Shown piece after piece: positions 12,870 through 25,075 of a DNA stretch of 64,000 bases. The stretch lies in NCBI GenBank assembly GCA_965644265.1, contig OZ286460.1, positions 96,286,001 through 96,350,000 of the forward strand. The letters are read 5' to 3'. How positions within the stretch are numbered: the first letter of the stretch is position 1; each line of letters starts with the position of its first letter. The stretch is from Glycera tridactyla (lineage: Eukaryota). The notes under the pieces are model-generated. The model worked only from the letters and a program-made list of their open reading frames with translations. It was not told where the DNA came from and ran no database searches. The position numbers and the translations under genes are program-made.

Positions 12870-15800
12870 CGTGCGTGCGTGTGTGTGTGTGTGTGTGCGT
12901 GTGTGGCAGCGTGTGCATGGGCGTGTGTGCGTGCATGTGCACACATGCATGTGTGCAATATTTTTTTAGGTGGGTGGGGATGCCTTTTCAGTGCTAGCCT
13001 CATGGCTACACACCAAGAGGTTGATTTTATTTGAGCGATGTTTCGATGGTGCAATGGTTCAGAGTATTGGCAGTGAATTCCTCGTGAGGACGCCATAGAG
13101 TTCATGGATTTGACACTTTCAAACAACCAACAGAATTATCTATGGCATTTAACACTTTCTACAGACCTGCGGCACCTTCATGATGTCTCTGGCATGAATT
13201 AAATCATACGAAAACGGAAAAAAATGTGGACACTACCAGTTCCACGTATCATGATCACATGACCGCTGAGGGATGATACATGGTCAGTGTTAGCCTCATA
13301 GCTGCTCATTTACCATATATTGCCATAAACCCGCACATCCTCAATTAAACGCACACCCCCAATATCCTTGAACAAGAATCTCAAACTAGAGCTTTGTCAC
13401 AGAGGTGACTAAATATACCCCCGCCGCCACTTTGATACTGAGAATGTATGCAATATGACCAAGATATAGCCCACCTGTCTATAAAGGCCACCGACTGTCA
13501 CCAAAAAGTGACCTTTGTAGACATATGGTTTTTAATAGAGGTCATTTACCGGTGAAAAAAGTATCATGATCGCAGCTCAGGGTGAAATTTATAAGCAGGT
13601 GGTCTTTATGGAGAGGTGGTCTCTCAAGAAGGTTTGACTATGTGAGTGCATCCATGTGTGTATTTGTGTTGAGGGTCTGTTATGTAATTGTGGAGAGCGA
13701 AGAGATGGATGACTGCCATAGAGCAGAACAGCAGAAGCACGTCTATTACCAGAGGATCTTATATAACCATGAAAAGAAAGCCAAGGGGAGTGTGAGAGGC
13801 CTTACACCATACAGACAATTAATCAGCCTCGTTGATCCCGCTGTCTCGGTGAATTCCAAACTTACAGATACAACCAAATACACTCACGCACTGTGCGTGT
13901 ATTCGGCAATATACGTTAGCTCCTTTTTTTGTGAATGATGTCTCATAGGTCAAGTGGTTAGGGGTGTGGGCAATGTGTTTACTGCTTAGGATGCCTTTCT
14001 TATTACAGAGAGATTGTGTGTTCATCCTTTATGGAAACCCCAAATTGGGCATGGGTATTGAACATATAAACAGTTGTTGAGATTCTTTTGATACATAAAA
14101 TGTATACATATCGAATCTGCAGCCAAAGGAAAAGGATCCTAGATGGGAAAAGTTTATGTAGATTCCTGGTTCTGCCATAGTATAGCTGACCTCACCAAAG
14201 ACTGGGGCCTATACCTCCACCAATTTATCAGGAGTGACTTGACAAGTCACAAGTTTGACAGGAATTTCTATCATGTGAGATTGATCAATGAAAAAATATT
14301 CTAGGCGACTACATTTTTGGGGCCAGCTCAGAATATCATTCACATAAACTGCTCGAGAATCAGATTAGAAGATTTACAATGCAGTATGCATAGATCAGTC
14401 TGAAAATGTAGGGCATAGGCTGGCTCACTGTTTGATTTTTTATTTGAGAAACACACGTTTGAATATTTCAATTAGGCTGGTTGGTTGGTTGGTTGGTTGA
14501 TTTCTGGTTTGATGTTGTCAGTGCCATATGTGCCATACTGAGACGCCCACATACTGGCATGGTTGGGATCATTCGAGACTCCCCTTCCTGGATACCCAAC
14601 GGATGTTGAAATGTTTCTATACAATTCACAGACACACATGTGTCATTTCTGTTATCGAAAATATCAACCAGTCTAACTCTGTGAAGATGGGATTGAATTA
14701 TATGGTATCAGTTCTCTAAGTCAGTTATTTTTGGTCACTGTGTTCCCCAGAGAATAATCAGGCTGGACATTGCTAGTGTGCTACAGTATGACAAGCTGCC
14801 AATGCTCTACTTCAAAATTTTATTCCATAACTTTTCCAGGATATTTCCAGGTCACCAAGCAATTATTCCAGGACATGCAAATGAGTATGAAAATCTAAAA
14901 TGAGCTGTCATTGACTCATTTTGTGTCATATCTTAGCTAATATTGGTCCAATTTTCACAACGTACACAACAAAATGACTAGTAGAGTGAGATCTTTCAGA
15001 TGGTCTGATTGGGTTTTTATCCAGTATTGAATTTCAAATTCATGATTACCACACATTGACGATGCCATGTTTTTGTCAGTTTTTTAATCATAAAAGATAC
15101 AATATTTCAGCAAATTCTCAAAATTCCAGGACATTTCCAGGACATTCCTGGCAAAATTTATTTTTCCATAACTTTTCCAGTCCTGGAATTCTATTTGGCA
15201 ATTTTCCATAACTTTTTCAGGATTCCAGGACGCGTATGAACCCTGTACTTATGCAACCCTGTCAAGTGAACCCAACCCCTCCAGATACGATAATCAGTAA
15301 TTTATTAGTACCAAAAAGCTAAGTGACAAATGTACAAGAATGTATTCAAATGACACACAGAAAATAGGATGTGAAAAATAAGGTAACAAGGGTCATCAGA
15401 TTAGGTGTATCATCAACTTCTTATCAGCAGTCTGGACTGGAATCCTTATCAGATTAGGGAGTAATATGTTGATATTCAGCAATATCTGATAGCACAAGGT
15501 CATACACTGCATGAAACGGGGCAGAGTTTTCCATGAGTCATCCCTTTCACTTTTTCCACCCATACAGGCAAATGATGGGAAATTCAAGCTCTTGCAAATG
15601 TCCAAGACGAGGAAAACACTTACTACTACTGATGTAATTTCTAATAATAATTTAACATGTCGAAGGAATTAGGGTAGCCTGCCATAGGAAATCAATGCAG
15701 AGTATCTTGAGCTCTGATGAGATCTGGGATGAGGTCGAGGTGACTCTGTCAACATGAAAAATTCTCTTGGTTATCAGTGGTGCACAAATCCAGCACCTGG

Positions 15801-18800
15801 CGGTCCGGGTGTTTTGATATAGGCTGATAACAGCAACCAACACCTTAACTCATGTATATGTGTAAATTGGGAGATATACTGCATCCGCTCCCACTCCCCC
15901 GACCAATGCAAGTTGTTCTCAAATAGCAGACAGGCACTAAAATATCTGTGGGAAGGCCCCGCACCCCCAGGCAATCCATTCCTTCATCACTACATATTTT
16001 CATGTTGAACCCAGGGCTATAAGCTAAGGCCAGTCCTATTGGCATAAATAGATCAACTGTTGAGGAATTTGATCAATACTGTGGGAAGAAGATTCAATGT
16101 TACCGTCCCTATGGAGAGCTAAAGTGAAAGTTGATGTAGAGCCCAGAACCAGTTAATCTGTTCCCACAAATGCTGTGAAAAACATGGCTCTTTTAATGAC
16201 TGGATTGAGCAGTAAAATTCATGCCACAAAGACTGCATCCCATATCGCATAGATCAAGCAGTTCGTATATTACAATTACCTGAGCGTTTGATGAGTTCAA
16301 GACAGCCACGTGGGGTGCAGGAAACAATACAATCTTTCAGGTCACCACGGGACAACTTGGCAGCATTATCACCATGCAACCTGCAAAGTACAGTCGAACC
16401 TGCTCAAAAGACAGTCTCTATACAAAGATCGCCTGCCTACAAAGGACACTCTCTGTGCGATTGCAAAGGTGTTTCCTACAGTGAACAACCCCTCCACAAG
16501 GTTTATCTGTTTACAAGGATCACTTTTGAAAGTAACCAATAGCAGTCTTTGTAAACAGGTATACATGTAGTTACAATCAATTAATGAAGTGCCTTTATCA
16601 ATTGAAACTGAGGAAGTATCCTTGGGTGACATAATTCAAGACTGAAAACCTGGGCTCTACGTTGGTATGGTAGCCAGAGGTTAAATTTGGTAGCCATTGG
16701 CTACCCACAGGTAGCAATGTAGAGCTCTGCTGAAAACTCCTCTCACACACACAACCATATCTTCTCCTCATCCTAAAACCCAGAAATCATGTGTCGGCAC
16801 TAGCCATTGGCAAGTTAGCCAGGGGCTAACACTTCTCTCACCTGGCTAAAGACATTGACAAATCTTTGGCTAAATAGGCTAAGGAACTATATCCTCTTCA
16901 GGGCGCGAAGACATCGAAAAAATCAACCCGCCAGACGGGCGGGTAGAATTCGGATTTGCCCGCCCCCCTCGAAAAACAACACATCCGTACACAAATGTCA
17001 CCGGGATTGAGGAAACACCCATATATATACGTCGAATCGCCTTAGAAATACGTCAAACGTGATAAAATTCATTTGTTACGGGAAATATTGGCTTAATGCC
17101 TATGCAGGCCAGCAATGATTCATATTGTCAAACTCACCCATCAACATCTTTATGGGAGGCAATCTTGTTCAGGACATAATCTGTGTCGATCTGATTCGTG
17201 GTATCTAGCGGCAACTGAAAAAGGTTTCACAATGAAGGCTATTACACGATCAAACAATTTTGAAATGTGCTCGAATGAAGATGAACTTGACCAATCTCAT
17301 CCCATAGACAGCATGGTGAGTATCACAATGTCATCAATGTATGGACATTCCTGAACTCTCCCGTCACACTTTATCCAATGGGCTTCTGTGATTTAATCAT
17401 AAAAATCCCAAACTTGTGTTTTTTGTCTTGACACAAACTGATAACATCATGACAAGAAATGTCCTATAATTCTGCTGCAAATTTGCATATTACTGAATCT
17501 CATGACAGATTCCGTCATGGTGTACTCTGCTGGCACAAGCAGGGAGATCGAACCGTGGATAAGGGCTGGTGAAAATATTCAGGAAGGCAAGTGAAAATTT
17601 TAATTCTATCTGAGAGAGGGACATCCATGTAATAAATCAAATTATGTATTAATTCCTCAAGGCCAAGATAAAAACAGAGCTATGTTACCTGAACAATCAT
17701 ACCATGTACATCAGGGTCGTCATTCAGTTTAGTGATCATAGCAATCAGCTGAAAACAGAACAAAATGGATATTCTCAGATGACATACATTCCAGAGAATA
17801 GATATTGTGCCAAGTACAATTATAAAATTGGGCAATTGGTTACTCAGTAAGTTATCTGGCTTCTGGTTAAACATGGATCAGCATTTATGTGAATATCTCT
17901 ACACAAGAGCTCCAATACTGCTTTCACCACATGTGAGGTACTCCTCCTGCCAAATTGCCTCTGCATCATCGAGCACTGCAAAGGCTAGATGACCGCCTAT
18001 CCCCTTGTCAACCCCCCCCCCCCATCCACGCTAACATAAGACTCCTGAGATAGGAAAAGTACGACACAATCAATGCTTTCTGCCAAGCTGACAGAGTACC
18101 GGTTAGTACTTTGACATTTCCCCGATTCAATCAATTAAATTATTGCATCAGTGAGAAGTCCGATCGATCAATCAATCAGGCACATCAACAACTTTCAAAT
18201 ACCGTATTCTCCCTAATTAGTGCCCCCACCCTCATAAGCGCCCCCCCCCCCCCCCCCCCCTCCCGTTGGAGTTCTAAGTTGCCGACTGACTTTGATACTC
18301 CTGGACATTTGAAGTTCCCGCACTTTCTGAGCAAGCAAGAAGGCCAGATCCAACATGGCGGCGCACACGTGGATGAAAACCCACTCCTTGACGCCTGATA
18401 TTTCCGCTGTTTTTGGCGAATATTCAATGGATTTGAGATATATGCATGGATACCACACGATTTAACACCCAGCAATTTATTCGCACTATCATTTTTACTG
18501 TGAGATTGATATTTCGTGGGTTTTAATCGCGGAAAACTATGTGTGAAAACACAGGATTGACTTGTCGAAGTCAGACTGGTAATGCACACGACACCAGACG
18601 CTGCTATTTATCACTGTTTATTCGGCAAATTTTCGTCATATTCTTGTAGTTTTATCGTTTTTTCTCCTATGTGACACAAATAGTATCCGAGTAATACATT
18701 TATCAAATGTTTCGTTGATATTTTGCCAGCCATCGGCATTTTGTTCGCCAAAATACCCGATTATTGCCCATCGGCGATTTTGACAGATCTCGAACAAATA

Positions 18801-21800
18801 AGTGCCCCCCTTTCTCAATTATCAAGCGCCCTGGGGCACTAATTAGGGAGAATACGGTATACATGGATTCTTAGTATGTCTATGGAATATCTGCTGGAAA
18901 TCTCATCATCAGCAGCATTGCTTCGTTATCTCACAAAACACACAATTTGAGCTGAACATTTCAGTGAGCATTCAAAGTACAACAAAAGCAAGCTTAGGAC
19001 AGTAATATCAGTCAGAGCAGGTTTGATAGTTTTTTCAATGTGTAGATCACCCCTAAATACGGGACAAAGTTATGATTCCATGGCGAACTCTCTGCACTGT
19101 GGGATCAGCCAGATGAGTCTGAACTCTGATTATTTGATCGATCATCACTCACTGCTGAGTCCAATTGATGGATCATCACTTTTGCAACCGAGTCCAAGCA
19201 CTAGCAACACTACCTGTGACTGTGTAGTTGATGAATCCATTTTGATGTGTTCTGCTATCATCCCAATCTCAGACGCTGACCGAATTTTGGCTCCAATGTA
19301 GACATTAGAATCCGAGCGATCTCCAACCTGGAATAACACCATTTGTTGATATTTTCACACCCGATACCTCAAACAGGATACGAGTAAAATCTGATGCCTT
19401 AAAACGGTTTAGGGCATACCTGAAAGACAGGCCAGAGTCAGTTTGCATAGATGGTATTAAGTCAGCAAACTGAACTTTGAAGTATGGTGTCCCCCAAGGC
19501 TCTGTCCTTCATCCCATCCTCTAGACTATAGTGAAACCAGTGATGTAAGACTGCCTTATATTTTACCATATTTCTTAGGTCAATGGCATTAATGACTTGG
19601 ACGCAGCAGCATGCATAAGAATTTCAAATCCCAGGTCATATCTCCAAGGTCAAAGGTCAAAGGAGCAAAATGATATGCCCATGCACACCTGTACAGTGTA
19701 CACCATCAATGGGCATTTCACACATCCAATTTGGCTAATGTACAGCATCAATACCTTGGCCACAGCTGTGTGCAAAAGAATCCATGGAGAGATCAGCAGA
19801 AGAATGGATAAATGCCAGTCATACCGGGCGATTGGACACATAGTTTGATTTAACATTTTCAGTTCCTAGACATGAGGGCAAATCTCGGACATTTCTCCCT
19901 GATGAAGATGTGAAGCAGTGATGAATAGCCGGTTTTTCCAATAAAGCTGGCCTACTGACCTCTGAATTGAACTCATGGGGAAATCAGAATGCAGGTTTTG
20001 CAGATATGCTGCAAGGTCAATTAACAGTTAGCTCATGCATGTTTCATCTTTTGGGCAAGTTAGGGTATATACTTACCCTAGGTACGAACCGAGGTTCCCT
20101 TAATAGAATAGAGTTTTAGCTATTGCCAAAAAGTGAAGTAGAAAAATCCGGTAGAGTAAAACGATTTGCTAAAGTAATTTTTATTCGTGACAGCACAGAT
20201 GCAGTGATGGTGGTTGTTTATCGTAGATGAACATTTTCCTAATTCCATTTGTTTGGGCGAAAAAAATGCAATAGAGATTAGTTTGACATAATATTGCCAT
20301 TACAATGTACTTTGAACTCATTCGATGACATGCATTCTGGATTGCAGGCCTCGACACTAAGGTTTGCTAAGCACTTGCCCGTCGGGCAAGTGCTGAAACA
20401 CTTTTGCTTGCCCGAAAAATTTTCTACTTGCCCGAAAATTAGTTCAGAAGGTATAGATATAATTGTAGGAATGCAAACGTTTTATGACCAAAATTATTAA
20501 TGATGCCAATCTAAAAAAGTGATGATGGTATTATTTGCAATGATCAAATAAAAGATCATGAATTCTTTGAAGCGAGCTTTGCATAAAATGCCAAAATATT
20601 CGCTGAAAAAGAGTGCAGTGAAACCTGTGACAAGAGAACACCTCTGACGGGAGACCACTTTTCCAGGGCAGCTTTTCTATTTGAGATAAACAAACTTCAT
20701 GGCTGGGGTACTTTCAAAGAAAGGTGTTGATTAGAACAATTTACAATCTGTGGATGAGAGTAAGAGGGTCAGGGGTAAATGGAAGCAGGCTATCAGATTA
20801 CCCACTGATGGTAGGAGGGCAGTGGGCTCTTGACAGAGGGGGAGGTTACTCAAATCAACATCAAGAAGAGTCAGACAGCAGGGTTCCTGATGACTTGCCT
20901 GTCGGGCACCCTCATTGAACATTTTTGTTGTCCGACACCTGTGGCTACTTGCCCCGGGCAGTCGGGCAACCGTTAATGTCGAGCCCTGGATTGCTAAATG
21001 TGTTTTCCATCTTGCTGAAATTACACACTAAAAGGTTTAACATCCTAGAGGGATCACAGCGAACTCAATTTGAAGTTGATATATAAACGATGAGTGACGT
21101 ACCTGGATGATGGAGAGGGAGGGCATAAAGTTGGGGTTGTCCTTCCGTACCTTGTCGATCTCTTCCTTCAGTTTGCTGCGGATGTCCCTGGAATTGAAAA
21201 CAAGGTAAGAATTTCAAAAATTTTCTCACTCACTTTGGAATTATCTTTTGAAACGATCACATCTTGACCCCTTTGCAAGGAGTCTTGGTCACGTGATGGG
21301 TTGGTGGATCGTTCCAAAGTAAGTGAAAATGATTTCAATATGAATCATCTTGGAACCAAGAACAATTTTTTTACTGAGTTGAACATTTGCTCTCCTTTCA
21401 TGTTAGTACAGAATTGGCTTATTGGTAGGAGCCTTCAGTTCCCAATCTGAGAATTGATCAATTGGAAGTTTTTTTGACTGAGTTCAAGATTGATTGAAAT
21501 CTAGTCAATACATTTGGAGACAGATCTGGTGATATCAGGAAATATGGTGACTGAAACAGATTTAGAAGTGAGGAAACTTTAGATTATTTGTCAGCAGATG
21601 AAAATCAACCTCCCCCTGGAAAATCAACCTGCCCTGCTCATATATGCAAGTCATTTATGGTCATTTTCCACCTGCCCACCTGTAAAATCTACCTGCCCCA
21701 GGCAGGTGGGTGGCTATCTTTTGCGACTATTTCAATTTCACTGGTCATCTGGACAGATGAATGAGAATCGTTAAGTTTATACACTGATGCTCTCAAACAT

Positions 21801-24800
21801 GGATTGGTAAAGAGTCCTCAATCATGTGAGTGGAGAATAATGCTGCAGATCCTCCAGCCTTTTCAAACTTTTTGAGTTGGGGAGTGATTCGAGGTACAAT
21901 GTATAGAGATTAGATTTTCTTCCCAAGCGAGAATTTCTTCCGTCGAATTGCTTTACAAGAAACCTATATTTCTTCAACTCCCGAGGCAGTGGGCTCATTA
22001 ATCATGTTTATGTTGCTCTAACCATTCAACTGAAACATGCACCAGTCATTAATATATGAATATAAATGTCACCAGCCAAAGACACCAGATGAGGGCATGA
22101 GTACCCAGTATGCCCAAAGAAAACTGCTCACACATGATTCATCTGGGGTATAAAAGCAAGAATGCAGGACAAACAAGTAGAATGACTCATATTTTACTTG
22201 ATGTTCCTGCCAAGGGATCTTACACCCCAGGGAATAGGAGAATTTGATCCAACATTGAACAAATTCCCCCCAAAACCATGGAAGCTGAGTACCAAGTTAC
22301 CAACACCAACAGCTTGTCTTGAAGGAGGTCAAGGCCTGAATAGTTCTGCTACAACACAAAACATGCACAGACCGAACAAGTCAGGAGCTGGAGAGTGACT
22401 CTTCTTATCTTGGAGGTCACACCACTGCTAAGCTGGAGCACATCAGCTGATTCGAGGGATGAACCACCTGTCATCCAGGGTTATGCTTTCAAGGGGGTAT
22501 TTGTCCTATAGCAGGGCTCTACACTGGCTAAAATACACTGGCCAAGGTGAGAACTTCTTCAGTTGGTATTTTTGGTAACTATTGGCAAATTTTGGCATGA
22601 ATCTGAGCGAACCTATCAATGGCATATCGTAACCACTACATTTGAACTTCCATCTGACAGCCATTCTTCTTCCCCATTATCTTGTGTTCGGGATTGGTGA
22701 GAGTGATGCTTGTAGGGGACCTAGCATCCAGCTTCCACGGATAAGGAATACAATGCATACATCATCCTTTAGGTTGATACATATACATTCGTACACGCCA
22801 TTAAATTCCAAGTTGTTAATCAGTCAACCACCTGGCTTGTGAATATTGCTAATTGGCTGAGGCTGCATTGGCTTGACAGACAGAAATACTGATCCCGTGA
22901 ACTAGATGCATTCCCAGCCTACATTCCGTCTCAAACGACTTGACCTAGTGACCCCCAAACCCTCCTAACAACCTGATTTATAGTAACTCATAGCATGGAG
23001 AGTTGCCAAACATATGTCTCGTTAGTTACTCATCAATGAATCATTCACTCTATGTAAACACTAGTGTTAAGACGATTCGCTCAGAAATCGATATAATCGA
23101 TCGAATTCGGTTTTGATTCTACTAATCGCAGTTACTTTGTCAGAATCGATTTTTTGGCTTTCATTTTCAGCAGGACAGATTTCATCATTAAATCTATTTT
23201 TTCTAGAATAATCAGGATCTCGTCATCATTTTTCAAGATTTATTAATCTATCTTTCACTCTCCAGCAACTTTTGACTCTTTTCACAAATGAACTCTTGTC
23301 TCCTCACTTCTCAAGTCATATCAGTCACCATCCTCCATGCACCAAATCAGTCTTCTTTGACACTTGACTAAACATCGATTATAATCGATTAATCAATCGA
23401 AATAAATTCCGATTAATCGATTCCCAAAATAGGCACCGATTCCTAACACTAGTAAACACCAATTTTGGTGAGCAGTAGTATCGGGACGATTTTATCAAAT
23501 TGAAATTGGTTTCGAATCTACTAATCCATGTTACTGTCAGAATTGATTTTTGGCCTCCATCTTCAGCAGAACAGAACTCATCATTGAATGTCTTTTCCTG
23601 AGAATAATCAAGCCGTAGTCATCATCTTTCAAGATTCATTTGTCGATCTTTCACTCTCCAGCATCTTGTAACTTTTCAGAGGAGCTCCTACCTTCTCCCC
23701 CAGGGATTTTTTTTTGCTCAGGAATATGTATGGGTCTTTCGGGTGATAGTGGTATTGATCATCAACTCTCTTACCAAGTGTCCATGAATTTCATATCAGC
23801 ATCAGGGATTTTCTTGCTCGGGAATATGTATGGGTCTTTCGGGCACATTGATGCAGATTTCATGTGCCATTTCAGATTTGTGTGTGCCTCAGACCATGTA
23901 ATCATATCAAAGTATGGAAAATTCCATGTGCCTTCTGGGCACAAGATATATGGTTTAATGTGCCCTTCCACAACTTCATGTGCCATTTGCCACAGGACAC
24001 AGCCCAAAATTATCCCTGAGCATGGTATCATTCACGCAAAATCAATTCGATCTGATTGATCGTATCGAATTGCTGACCAGTTAAATGACTCTGAGATGAG
24101 GACCAATTCTTACCACTTGTGAGCAGACATGATAAAACTAGAAAGGTGTCCATAGGACACGGATGCCTCCGCTGAGACTCTGACCTATGAGTGAGCGACA
24201 CAGTTTTTGCACATAACATGTCGTCTTCATAAGGTGATCATTTGTACCAATTTCTTTGATAATTCTATCATGGAAGACAAAGTTATGGGCCACCATTTGG
24301 TAGAAACTCACTGAAATGTGGTGGATTGTGCATGCAAAACGTGATCCTCATATGATGATCATTTGCACCAATTTATTTGAAAATCCAGTCATGGATGGCA
24401 AAGATATGGGCTGAACACAAATTGGCCAATCAGAGGCAAACATCTGGCGGGAAATCAGTCAAGCATGACACATCGTCTTCATATAATGATCATGTGTACC
24501 AAATTTTATGAAAATCTAGTCATGGATGGCGAAGTTATGGGCCGGACAAGAATTGACCAATCAGAGGCCACTGTTTGGCAGGAAATCACTAAAGCATGAT
24601 GATTCTTGCTCATTACACATCGCTCCCATATGATGATCATGTGTACCAAGTTTCATGAAAATCCAGTCATGGATGGCAAAGTTATGGGCCGGACATCAAT
24701 CAACCAATCAGAGACCACCATTTGGCGGGAAATCACTCAAGCGTGACAGTTCATGCTCATGACACATTGTCTTTATATGATGATCATGTGTACCAAGTTT

Positions 24801-24995
24801 TATGAAAATCCAGTCATGGATGGCAAAGTTATGGGCCGGACACAAATTGACCAATCAGAGGCCACCATTTGGCAGAAAATCATTCAAGCGTGACGGTTCT
24901 TGCTCATGACACATTCCCCCCATATGATGATCATGTGTACCAAGTTTCATGAAAATCCAGTCATGGATGGCAGAGTTATGGGCCGGACACGGAAA

Positions 24996-25075
<80 letters not shown>

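Noticed and set aside
12549-13126. His-Thr or Val-Cys repeat proteins (also 24855-25229, 44595-44780)
   Set aside because: Translations of dinucleotide microsatellites; only 12633-12769 is coding
15700-15960. LINE endonuclease relic ([14 protein letters not shown] resembling PTR..LDL.LTN)
   Set aside because: A single weak motif match; not supportable without a search
24233-24990. CRISPR-like regular repeats
   Set aside because: Whole units repeat with no unique spacers; this is the internal array of a HINE-like element
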